34,628 bases of DNA from a virus (lineage: Duplodnaviria > Heunggongvirae > Uroviricota > Caudoviricetes), in IMG/VR virus record IMGVR_UViG_2558860472_000005, positions 1-34,628 of that record; one strand, given 5' to 3'. The translations under genes and the position numbers were made by a program. The notes under the pieces are model-generated. The model was not told the DNA's origin. It did not search any database and worked only from the letters and a program-made list of their open reading frames with translations. How positions within the stretch are numbered: the stretch's first letter is position 1; every line of letters begins with the position of its first letter. Positions 1 through 6,909 of this stretch are shown here, piece by piece.

Positions 1-720
1 TTATAATTTAGCAAGCTCGTCAATCAATTGTGGGTTCTTTGACATAAAAGCTACATATGAGCTTCCTATCGTAGTGAGTTTGTAACCAGCATCACTTTCA
101 TAAATGAGTTTATTGCTTACTGGATACGAAATATATTTGATCCAATCCCAATCTGCGAAAGCTTCTTTATTATGATTTTTTGTTTTTTCAAAGAACTGAA
201 TAGCATCTTCTTTGCGGATATAACCACCATTGCTAGCAATTGTATAAAATAAGTCATATTGTGAGCGGAATAATACCTTGTTTATTTCAAAGTATCTTAC
301 AGCACTTTGCAAAAGAGATATTTCTCGTGCCAATAAATCAATTTTAATTTCATTGTCAGTATCTAGATCAGATGCTTGTTTCAATATGATTTGATATAAT
401 TCTTCACTGAATTCAGTTTTAAATTGTTCATGGTGTATTCTTATAGCTTCAATGCTCGTATTCTTTTGTAAGCTCGCCAAATTAGAATTTGAAGATTCTA
501 ATACTTCTGCTGTTTGTTTCTCTGCTATGAATTTTGCCGATATACCCGATAAAGTCGCGGATATTTCTGATAGCGTATTTTTAGAAAAAAAAGAACTGAC
601 AACTTCAAAAATTCGAGTTCGGAATCTGAATCCGATGATAAGAACAACAACTGGCCATGCAATGCTTTTTATCAGTTCAACGATTAGTTTCGGTGACCAA
701 CTACATACTAAATCTTCCAT
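1..720 (-). CDS. Hypothetical 239-aa protein with an N-terminal transmembrane helix. AT-rich cargo gene lying outside (left of) the integrase.
   Basis: Complete minus-strand ORF with ATG at 720-718 and stop at 3-1. Hydrophobic segment IAWPVVVLIIGF near the N-terminus. GC content is clearly below the phage backbone. Its position left of int is analogous to the lit/ymfE cargo slot of e14-like elements (from memory). No domain recognised. Confidence 0.45.
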   Translation of the reverse strand: MEDLVCSWSPKLIVELIKSIAWPVVVLIIGFRFRTRIFEVVSSFFSKNTLSEISATLSGISAKFIAEKQTAEVLESSNSNLASLQKNTSIEAIRIHHEQFKTEFSEELYQIILKQASDLDTDNEIKIDLLAREISLLQSAVRYFEINKVLFRSQYDLFYTIASNGGYIRKEDAIQFFEKTKNHNKEAFADWDWIKYISYPVSNKLIYESDAGYKLTTIGSSYVAFMSKNPQLIDELAKL

Positions 721-919
721 TATCGCTCCTTTTACCTTAACTCTTATTGTGAAGTATCGCGTTTAAAAGCATGGCATTTCTGTTTGTTGCCTCACTTTCG
801 GTTATGCAAAATATAATACCTGAAAGATGTGAGTATCCCTACAATAGCCTGTTTTTGGCACATGCCTGTTTAGGTCTGTACCATAGCAATGCAAGGATAA
901 AATCTGAATTAATGCAATT

Positions 920-2104
920 TTAACCAGTTTTGATTTCCCCGTGTGGAACGACAATCCAATTAATGTGGTTTTGAGTGTAAATCTTAGTCGACTGAGCGTC
1001 GCTATGTGCCATTCGTCCTTGGGGATCGATACCCTGCTGATCGAAAAGATGCGCTGCCAGAGCTCTGATTTCATGAAAGGTTGGTCTTTCATCCATCGGT
1101 AGATTGTCGCATAAACCTAGCTTGTCTCGCGTTGCTGAAAACGATCGACTCAAATAGTCTGGTGCAACTTGTGTCGGATGTGAAACCTCTTTGCTTCGTT
1201 TAACTTGGCGTTCTGGGATTCTGTGAACGACAAACGGACTAGCCACATTATCTCGGCTATCGTCAATTATCCGTTTCAACTCTTCACCAATTGGTATTGC
1301 AACGTGTGACGCCTCTTTTTTTTGCACTTTTTGCCTGTGGATGTAAAGCGTCCCATATATGCCATTTTGTGGTTGTTCGAACCAGACACATCCACATATA
1401 CCGTCTTTAGGTTCGCGAATTGAGTAACGGATTCGCGATACTTCGAGTCGTGCATGTGTAGTTTGCAATGCTAGGTCCATTGCTGTTCTTAACCATGGTG
1501 CAGCGGCCTGCCTGATAGCTATAAAATGCTCGAGTGACAGGCGCCGTCTTTTCTTCTCATCAGTCCTACGCATTTTTTTTCTGATGGCCGGGTTATCCAG
1601 CATTAGTGATTCATCGACCGCATAAGAGAACAACTTTTTAAGAAAGCTGACCTTTCTGTTCTGCACATTTGCGGATGCGCTGGCATGATATTTGTTGATG
1701 TAGGTATTAACGTGTTCAAGTTCGATATCGCATGCCGGAACATTTACGAAAAACGCTTTTACGCGTAGAGCGTCATTTTTCCAGTCATCTAAGGTGCTCT
1801 GGGAAGGACGTTCGTCTTCGATAATCCGGGTCATTATGTGATCAACATGTTCAGCAAATGGTTTTGCTTCTCCGATAACACCGCCAGATTCTCTAATAAG
1901 ATTTTCTACTGATGGAGATAATTCTGCTCTCATCCTCAGGTTGTACTCTCTGGCGATTGCAATGGCTATTGCCCTATCCTTACCTATATTTTTCTTCTTT
2001 CCAGTAATAAGTGTGAATTTATAAACACCTCGATCTTTATCAAAAATCAGATAATCAGGAAGATGTCTGTATTCTTTTTTACGTGGCCTTGCCGCCATGG
2101 TCAC
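920..2104 (-). CDS. int: Site-specific tyrosine recombinase, lambda Int family (prophage integrase)
   Basis: The 394-aa protein aligns by eye along its whole length with lambda Int. The N-terminal arm-binding region is R-R/K-x-LP-x-LY/I, followed by GKxxxLGxDRxxAIxxA. The C-terminal catalytic region PTFHEIRALAAHLF...GHSDAQSTKIYTQ carries the conserved H-x-x-R and the Tyr nucleophile context. The stop overlaps the xis start (ATGA), as in lambda xis-int. Confidence 0.9.
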   Translation of the reverse strand: MTMAARPRKKEYRHLPDYLIFDKDRGVYKFTLITGKKKNIGKDRAIAIAIAREYNLRMRAELSPSVENLIRESGGVIGEAKPFAEHVDHIMTRIIEDERPSQSTLDDWKNDALRVKAFFVNVPACDIELEHVNTYINKYHASASANVQNRKVSFLKKLFSYAVDESLMLDNPAIRKKMRRTDEKKRRRLSLEHFIAIRQAAAPWLRTAMDLALQTTHARLEVSRIRYSIREPKDGICGCVWFEQPQNGIYGTLYIHRQKVQKKEASHVAIPIGEELKRIIDDSRDNVASPFVVHRIPERQVKRSKEVSHPTQVAPDYLSRSFSATRDKLGLCDNLPMDERPTFHEIRALAAHLFDQQGIDPQGRMAHSDAQSTKIYTQNHINWIVVPHGEIKTG

Positions 2105-2310
2105 CCCTCGTTTATTAACTTGCGAACAGCTTGACTAACCATTGAGTCGACTCCCCATTTTTCTGTTTCGCAGACAAAAACAGAACCGTCCACGATGCGT
2201 CCCATGAGTAGACCGTTCTCGACCCAACGTTTTATCGTTCGGTTGTCAGGAATTGAGCCATTAGAGAATTCACGGCGTCCCCATTGGCTCGCTTTCATTA
2301 GTTTTGCCAT
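2101..2310 (-). CDS. xis: Excisionase (Xis-like, about 69 aa)
   Basis: Small basic ORF immediately upstream of and overlapping int. The Trp-containing helix-turn motif IKRWVENGLL is typical of Xis/AlpA-like excisionases. The ATG at 2310 is preferred over the upstream in-frame start because a GGAG lies 9 nt upstream. Confidence 0.6.
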   Translation of the reverse strand: MAKLMKASQWGRREFSNGSIPDNRTIKRWVENGLLMGRIVDGSVFVCETEKWGVDSMVSQAVRKLINEG

Positions 2311-2371
2311 GGCTGTTTCTCCACTTAGCCCGCTGCACTCGGGCAGTAATATCAAATTCCAGTCCTGATAA

Positions 2372-2587
2372 TTAATTTTGTTCTCTGGTTGCTACCTGTT
2401 TTATTGGCCTGATGCTGTCCAGGATCAGACGGCGACGCATGTTTGGCGCACCCCAACGGTAACCAGTCTTTTTGTCGTAGGATTCACAACGTCCGGCAAC
2501 CCAGGACGTTTCAGTGGAATGTAATTTCATCCGCTTTTCACCGTCTCGGGTGATAACAATTCCTGTATGAGTTTTTATCACGCTCAT
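2372..2587 (-). CDS. Hypothetical 71-aa protein of the early-left operon
   Basis: ORF translationally coupled (ATGA overlap) to the upstream DUF551-like gene. No recognisable domain. Confidence 0.4.
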   Translation of the reverse strand: MSVIKTHTGIVITRDGEKRMKLHSTETSWVAGRCESYDKKTGYRWGAPNMRRRLILDSIRPIKQVATREQN

Positions 2588-2946
2588 TTCTTAGTCTCCG
2601 GTGCTTTCGGCATTACTGCCCAGTGAGTGATATTGACATTTTCAAGGTCCCCGACCTGAAATGTCCGCTGCCATTCTCCGGTTTCTTTTTGCCCCCATGT
2701 GTACCAGAGAGAACGCCAGCCAATCAGCCAGCCTTCTCCACTAGCATCAAATAACAGAACACTTTCATTTGCTGGTGGCAGTTCAGCTGACACTGGTATT
2801 ATTTTGTTTTCCAGTGCCGCACATTTAGCTTCAAGCGCGTTGAATTTACGTACTAGGTACTCAGCATTTGTTTCGTTCACTTTCAGATCTCGCGGTACAC
2901 ATTTCCCGCGAAGAAACCCTTCCATTTCGAAAACATTCATGCGCAT
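2584..2946 (-). CDS. DUF551-like phage protein (120 aa)
   Basis: The C-terminal half (LLFDASGEGWLIGW...ITHWAVMPKAPE) resembles the DUF551 signature (...THWMPLPEPP), which is common near int in enterobacterial prophages. Assignment is from memory of the family. Confidence 0.45.
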   Translation of the reverse strand: MRMNVFEMEGFLRGKCVPRDLKVNETNAEYLVRKFNALEAKCAALENKIIPVSAELPPANESVLLFDASGEGWLIGWRSLWYTWGQKETGEWQRTFQVGDLENVNITHWAVMPKAPETKK

Positions 2947-3473
2947 TTGCGTAACTCCGATAACTCGTTAAAACGTTCCATAAACATCCCGTAGGCCTGG
3001 CCCGGTGCCAGTGGAATCACGTTGAACATCTCTGTTGCCGGGATGCCTTCCAGTACAGGCCAGAAAGAGCCATCATCAAGCCCGAGATCGCGGCGTTCGG
3101 TTGCCAGCATGATGAGATCGGCATATTTCACAGGCGTGCTCATAACCGGGGGTAACCCGTATTTTTCACGGATTACGGCGTCTATTTTTTCTTCCATCCG
3201 TTTATAGTCAGGAAGAAGGCGTTTCAGTGGAGCCGGGATGTCCTGGCAATACGCTTCTGTTGCATCATGCATTAACGCTTCAAAAGCAAATTCCTGCGGT
3301 ACCAGCTGGCTGCAAAGCACCGCATGTTGGGCGACGCTGTAGAAGTGTGAAAGATGTCCTGCAAAGCGACAGATATTTGAAAGGGAAACCGCGATATCGT
3401 TAATAACGATGTCGTCTTTATTTATCCTGTCATAATAAAAATGCTTCCCGGAAAAAGTTTTAATAAATGACAT
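2937..3473 (-). CDS. HD-domain metal-dependent phosphohydrolase (YfbR/5-prime-deoxynucleotidase-like)
   Basis: The spacing of SVAQHAVLCS ... ALMHDATEAY ... D matches the H..HD...D metal-binding motifs of HD-superfamily hydrolases. A start at the ATG at 3473 is preferred (GGAG 8 nt upstream). The ORF track extends to a GTG at 3500. Confidence 0.6.
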   Translation of the reverse strand: MSFIKTFSGKHFYYDRINKDDIVINDIAVSLSNICRFAGHLSHFYSVAQHAVLCSQLVPQEFAFEALMHDATEAYCQDIPAPLKRLLPDYKRMEEKIDAVIREKYGLPPVMSTPVKYADLIMLATERRDLGLDDGSFWPVLEGIPATEMFNVIPLAPGQAYGMFMERFNELSELRKCA

Positions 3474-3559
3474 TTTGTTCTCCACGTATATGCGCTGCAC
3501 CGCGCTGAATTCGGGTAAAAGGAAGCCCTCACCGTCCGGCGATTATTGAGTCAATTACA

Positions 3560-3900
3560 TTTCCATAAATGCCCCCGTAGGGGCGGTTAGTTTCTCCACA
3601 AAACAGAGAAGAACACCTGTGGTGGCAGCCGCCCGGATGGATTGGGTTATGAGCCCGTCGTCCGATGATGCTCTTCTCTGTTTTGTAAAAAGGACGGTAC
3701 CAGCCGGAAGCAAGGGTACAAGCTGGTACCGCCAAGACAACACACAGCATAAAGTTGTGGTGCCGGGTGCCTCCCGGTGCCTGGCGAAGGTTGTACACCA
3801 GACGGGTGGGTATCCACAGAAGGTCGACTGTCAGCCTCAACCTTAACCCGCGTGCGCTGAGCCGCATTCACCACAACGCTAAGGATTCTCTCTGGTTGAA
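3560..3900. other. GC-rich, highly structured non-coding region (candidate leader or ncRNA and left operator region)
   Basis: About 350 nt with no credible ORF; only mutually overlapping ORFs of odd composition on both strands. There is a perfect 15-bp inverted repeat, ACAAAACAGAGAAGA at 3598-3612 and TCTTCTCTGTTTTGT at 3672-3686. A 9-bp stem GGTACCAGC / GCTGGTACC lies at 3696-3730. A 5-bp hairpin GCCCC-GTA-GGGGC lies near 3571. It also contains GGTACA/GGTACC motifs that match the OR operator half-sites. Confidence 0.3.
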
Positions 3901-3957
3901 AATACTTAGCTGTTATGTGCCTGCTTTTAGCCACATCAGGCGAGGTGGACCTGGTTA

Positions 3958-3990
3958 TTCCCCAACAACAAGGATTCGGTATAATCTGGA
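3958..3990 (+). promoter_or_regulatory. Candidate sigma70 promoter of the micropeptide/2TM operon
   Basis: Perfect -10 hexamer TATAAT at 3980-3985 with a weak -35 (TTCCCC). It is flanked by direct repeats CCCAACAACAAGG (3961-3973) and CCCAACAACAGG (3994-4005), which could be a regulator binding site. Confidence 0.3.
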
Positions 3991-4017
3991 TATCCCAACA
4001 ACAGGTAGGAAGGAAAT

Positions 4018-4101
4018 ATGTACGTAGATAGCAATGAAAAATTTCATGTTCCGGTAAATCAGAGACCAGCACCGATCCCTGAGCCGAAACCTGAAATGTA
4101 A
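4018..4101 (+). CDS. Proline-rich micropeptide 1 (27 aa), MYVDSNEKFHVPVNQRPAPIPEPKPEM
   Basis: Strong SD AGGAAGGA 5 nt upstream of the ATG. The stop lies 10 nt before the start of the 2TM gene. It is paralogous to peptides 2 and 3 through a shared HxPxxxRPxPxPEPKP core. Confidence 0.4.
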   Translation: MYVDSNEKFHVPVNQRPAPIPEPKPEM

Positions 4102-4111
4102 GGGAATAGAG

Positions 4112-4591
4112 ATGACTCGAGACGATCTAGCATTCGATATTCATTATTCTTTCTTTCTTGAGAAAATGAATTACACCCTTTTAAATCGGATAGACAAGAG
4201 CATAACTCTTGTTCTCATTGTCTTGGGCTTTTCTGTTTTTGCGCCATATAGCAATATGTTTATTTTTGGCGCATCTGTAGCTATTTTGTCGGTGCTTCAA
4301 TTGGTATACCAATTTGGGCAGGAAGCTGGCTTATCAAAGGAACAGATGCGACAGTATAAAAGGTTGATTGTTGAGTTTTCCTCCCTTTCTGATGACGAAC
4401 TACGCACTCGGTTTTTAAAGGTTCAAGACGCTGATAGTAATCCATGGAGATCTTTACAAGATGCTGCGTTCAAACGGACCTGTATTGCGCTGGGACGTGT
4501 TGATGAGTCAGAAATATCATTCATGCATAGCGTTATCGCATGGTTTGCTGGAGATTTGCCTCGGTCAAAAAGGTGTAATAATGACAAATAG
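4112..4591 (+). CDS. Small two-TM membrane protein (159 aa) with a cytoplasmic C-terminal domain of about 90 aa. Possible pore/effector-like protein.
   Basis: Two adjacent hydrophobic helices (ITLVLIVLGFSVFAPY and MFIFGASVAILSVLQLVY) followed by a charged helical domain. It is convergent to cI and ends at an intrinsic terminator. The architecture resembles 2TM effector modules of the SLATT type, but this is not verified. Confidence 0.5.
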   Translation: MTRDDLAFDIHYSFFLEKMNYTLLNRIDKSITLVLIVLGFSVFAPYSNMFIFGASVAILSVLQLVYQFGQEAGLSKEQMRQYKRLIVEFSSLSDDELRTRFLKVQDADSNPWRSLQDAAFKRTCIALGRVDESEISFMHSVIAWFAGDLPRSKRCNNDK

Positions 4592-4697
4592 AATTCCCAT
4601 AATCCCTAACCATGTACCTCCAAAGCCCAGACCACCATCACCAAAGTCACACAGGCTTTATGAGTATGAATTAATAATGGATTCTATATTGAGATGA
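4581..4697 (+). CDS. Proline-rich micropeptide 2 (38 aa), MTNRIPIIPNHVPPKPRPPSPKSHRLYEYELIMDSILR
   Basis: SD AAGGTG 6 nt upstream. It overlaps the last 11 nt of the 2TM gene. It shares an H-V-P-P-K-P-R-P-P-S-P motif with peptides 1 and 3. Confidence 0.35.
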   Translation: MTNRIPIIPNHVPPKPRPPSPKSHRLYEYELIMDSILR

Positions 4698-4701
4698 CCA
4701 A

Positions 4702-4791
4702 ATGAATGCATTTATATATACATGGAAAGAGGATCATATACCCTTAAAACCTCGTCCTTCACCGCCAGAACCGAAGCCAAAATCCCGTTAA
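4702..4791 (+). CDS. Proline-rich micropeptide 3 (29 aa), MNAFIYTWKEDHIPLKPRPSPPEPKPKSR
   Basis: Starts 5 nt after the peptide 2 stop. It aligns with peptide 1 over about 17 residues (HIPLKPRPSP-PEPKP versus HVPVNQRPAPIPEPKP). Many codon differences are synonymous (AGA/CGT Arg, CCG/CCC, CCA/CCT, GAG/GAA, AAA/AAG). Confidence 0.4.
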   Translation: MNAFIYTWKEDHIPLKPRPSPPEPKPKSR

Positions 4792-4822
4792 GTGTTGGGG
4801 ATCTCCAGATTGTTAAAGAGCG

Positions 4823-4848
4823 AAGCGTCCTATAGGGCGCTTTTTTGT
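4823..4848 (+). terminator. Intrinsic terminator ending the micropeptide/2TM operon
   Basis: Stem AAGCGTCC with loop TATA and partner GGGCGCTT (one G-U pair), followed by a T-run (TTTTTTGTTG). Confidence 0.6.
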
Positions 4849-4961
4849 TGCTAACGAATCATCCTGGACTTCATATGCCCCAGGCGGCTACTTCGTGGGC
4901 GTCCTGCCTGTTCGTTGTTTCGCTTGGGTACATTATGTATCTCAAAGGTACATTGTCAAGT

Positions 4962-4986
4962 ATAAAAAAACCTGCCGAAGCAGGTT
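4962..4986 (-). terminator. Intrinsic terminator of the repressor gene (minus strand)
   Basis: Hairpin ACCTGC-CGAA-GCAGGT preceded on the plus strand by A7, which is a U-run on the minus strand. It lies 12 nt beyond the cI-like stop codon. Confidence 0.6.
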
Positions 4987-4998
4987 CATAAACATTGA

Positions 4999-5673
4999 TT
5001 AGGCTTTGATTTTGTATCTTCTTGGTTTTCCTGAGAAAATCACTGTACCAATTATAGAGCAATTACCGTTGATCTTAATGTAAGGCTCAGGCCAGTTTGG
5101 GTTTAACGCTTTGAGATAACGCTGTGTCCCATCTTCTATCAACCTTTTGAAGGTGGTTTCACCTGTATCGTGCATCAATGCAATAACGTCGTCACCGTGG
5201 CAGGCAGGTACTTCAGGATCGACAAAAATCATGTCTCCCGGGCGGTACTCATCAATCATTGAATCACCTATCACCCGCAAGATATAAGTCATTTCCCCAC
5301 AGGGTACAGGGCAGGGATACGTTTCTGCTGTGCTCAAATCAACCTCAGAATATCCAACTTCTTTCCATGCTCCGGCCTGTACCCATGATATGACAGGGAC
5401 TAATGTGATTTGTTTATTAGTGATTGAAACATCAGGTTTTTTTGTGATGTTCGTTGTCTGGTGTTCTTGATCGAGCCATCCGACAGGCAGGTCGAAACAT
5501 CTTTCGATGTGTCGTGCCATGCTGTCACCGATATTTTTAGTAGCACCATCTCCCATAAACCTGCTGGTCTGGGTTGGCTCGCGATCAATCATAGTGGCAA
5601 AGGAAGAATTCCCGCCAACACCATCTCTCAGTTTTCTGGCGTTAGACCGCCGGATGTCATGGATTGTTTTCAT
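4999..5673 (-). CDS. cI: CI-like prophage repressor with an N-terminal HTH and a C-terminal S24 (LexA-like) autopeptidase domain
   Basis: The 224-aa protein has a C-terminal GDSM...K region (RVIGDSMIDEYRPGDMIFVD ... TFKRL) typical of S24 self-cleaving repressors. It is divergent from a Cro-like gene across an operator-rich intergenic region. Its length matches e14 CohE (from memory). Confidence 0.85.
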   Translation of the reverse strand: MKTIHDIRRSNARKLRDGVGGNSSFATMIDREPTQTSRFMGDGATKNIGDSMARHIERCFDLPVGWLDQEHQTTNITKKPDVSITNKQITLVPVISWVQAGAWKEVGYSEVDLSTAETYPCPVPCGEMTYILRVIGDSMIDEYRPGDMIFVDPEVPACHGDDVIALMHDTGETTFKRLIEDGTQRYLKALNPNWPEPYIKINGNCSIIGTVIFSGKPRRYKIKA

Positions 5674-5688
5674 AACGAAATTAAAACC

Positions 5689-5758
5689 CTTGTACCGTTA
5701 AGGTACAAGTATCTTGAAGGTTCATTTTAATCATGTAATATGTACACCGGAGGTACAT
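5689..5758. promoter_or_regulatory. Immunity-region operators and divergent promoters (PRM/PR-like)
   Basis: Two palindromes are built from the same half-site: CTTGTACCgttaaGGTACAAG (5689-5709) and aTGTACAccggagGTACAt (5740-5758). A rightward promoter lies between them, with -35 TTGAAG (5714-5719), a 16-bp spacer and -10 TAATAT. Confidence 0.5.
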
Positions 5759-5763
5759 ATTGT

Positions 5764-5964
5764 ATGAAAGCGTATTGGGACTCTTTAACCAAAGAACAGC
5801 AGGGCGAGTTGGCCGGAAAAGTTGGCTCAACACCTGGCTACTTACGGCTGGTTTTCAATGGCTATAAAAAAGCCAGTTTTGTGCTGGCTAAAAAACTTGA
5901 GCAATGCACGTCAGGTGCAATTACGAAATCTGACTTAAGACCGGATATCTATCCGAAAGATTAG
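5764..5964 (+). CDS. cro: Cro-like / YdaS-family small DNA-binding protein
   Basis: A 66-aa ORF transcribed divergently from the repressor. GGAGG lies upstream of the ATG at 5764. The ORF track begins at an upstream in-frame ATG at 5740, which sits inside the operator. Confidence 0.55.
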   Translation: MKAYWDSLTKEQQGELAGKVGSTPGYLRLVFNGYKKASFVLAKKLEQCTSGAITKSDLRPDIYPKD

Positions 5965-5995
5965 CAGAACACTTTCAATTTTTAACCACAGAACG

Positions 5996-6565
5996 ATGAG
6001 GCTAATCGTGGGTAAGCATCACTGGAAAATAGAAAAACAGCCTGAGTGGTACGTGAAAGCTGTCAGAAAAACTATCGCGGCGTTGCCGGGTGGTTACGCT
6101 GAAGCGGCTGACTGGCTCGATGTAACAGAAAACGCTTTATTCAACCGCCTTCGTGCAGATGGCGATCAGATTTTCCCGCTGGGATGGGCAATGGTTTTAC
6201 AGCGTGCTGGTGGCACTCACTTCATTGCTGATGCTGTGGCGCAGTCTGCAAATGGCGTCTTTGTGTCTCTTTCTGACGTCGAGGATGTGGACAACGCCGA
6301 TATTAACCAGCGTCTGCTGGAAGTCATTGAACAGATCGGCAGTTATTCAAAACAGATTCGTTCAGCAATCGAAGACGGTGTAGTGGAACCGCATGAGAAG
6401 ACAGCAATTAACGACGAGCTGTATCTCTCAATTTCGAAGCTGCAGGAGCATGCAGCACTTGTCTACAAAATTTTTTGCATTTCAGAAAGTAATGACGCCC
6501 GCGAGTGTGCAGCTCCGGGCGTCGTGGCGTCGATTGCTTCTGGTTGTGGAGAAACTAACGCATGA
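5996..6565 (+). CDS. CII-position regulatory protein (YmfL-like, 189 aa)
   Basis: It occupies the cII slot after cro. Size and position match e14 YmfL (from memory). No firm domain call. Confidence 0.45.
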   Translation: MRLIVGKHHWKIEKQPEWYVKAVRKTIAALPGGYAEAADWLDVTENALFNRLRADGDQIFPLGWAMVLQRAGGTHFIADAVAQSANGVFVSLSDVEDVDNADINQRLLEVIEQIGSYSKQIRSAIEDGVVEPHEKTAINDELYLSISKLQEHAALVYKIFCISESNDARECAAPGVVASIASGCGETNA

Positions 6566-6900
6566 ACAGTTTAACAACACACTACCGTCGCTCGCAACTG
6601 ATTGCGCTTCCTGTACCGGGTGGAAAAGCGAAGGTGGAATATTGCTATGCAGTGAATGTACCAGGTGACAGGGAAATTGTAACCCACAGCTTTGCAGAGT
6701 GGGCTGTGGGTGATTTCAACCGGCAGAAGGAGACAGTCCTTTGCGACAAGTTAACCGCTGGTTCAAAGATCACTACGGAGTGCCCGTCAGAGTCATTCGT
6801 TGGGAGCCGGAAACACAACGGGTTATCTACCTCCGCGAAGGTTATGAGCATGAATGCTTCAGTCCGCTCGAACAGTTTCGTCGTAAATTCAGGGAAATAG
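6562..6900 (+). CDS. Hypothetical protein (YmfM-like, 112 aa as called). The 3-prime region has a more protein-like alternative frame.
   Basis: ATGA overlap with the upstream gene. The frame shifted by -1 from about 6714 to 6920 encodes the protein-like tail [58 protein letters not shown]. It has no start of its own and ends inside the next gene's start region. Confidence 0.4.
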   Translation: MNSLTTHYRRSQLIALPVPGGKAKVEYCYAVNVPGDREIVTHSFAEWAVGDFNRQKETVLCDKLTAGSKITTECPSESFVGSRKHNGLSTSAKVMSMNASVRSNSFVVNSGK

Positions 6901-6909
6901 AGGTCGGTC

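Noticed and set aside
721-919. tRNA gene or tRNA 3-prime end as the attachment site next to int
   Set aside because: I could not find an acceptor-stem/T-arm-like structure or a CCA-proximal motif in this stretch. Some related elements integrate into a protein gene (icd for e14) rather than a tRNA.
2699-3207. Plus-strand ORFs 2699-2971 and 3022-3207 opposite the DUF551 and HD genes
   Set aside because: Antisense to well-supported, overlap-coupled minus-strand genes. Ser/Arg-rich composition and no SD.
3598-3686. Retron msr/msd hypothesis for the inverted repeats in the GC-rich region (a1/a2-like repeats)
   Set aside because: No reverse transcriptase gene on either side. The neighbours are an HD hydrolase and the 2TM gene. 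The repeat spacing of 59 nt is too short for a typical msr-msd.
3529-4072. ORFs 3529-3867(-), 3555-3743(-), 3647-4072(-), 3619-3846(+), 3755-4027(+) as protein-coding genes
   Set aside because: They overlap one another on both strands. They are Cys/Trp/Pro/Arg-rich with no SD and sit in a region full of stable hairpins. A non-coding explanation is more parsimonious.
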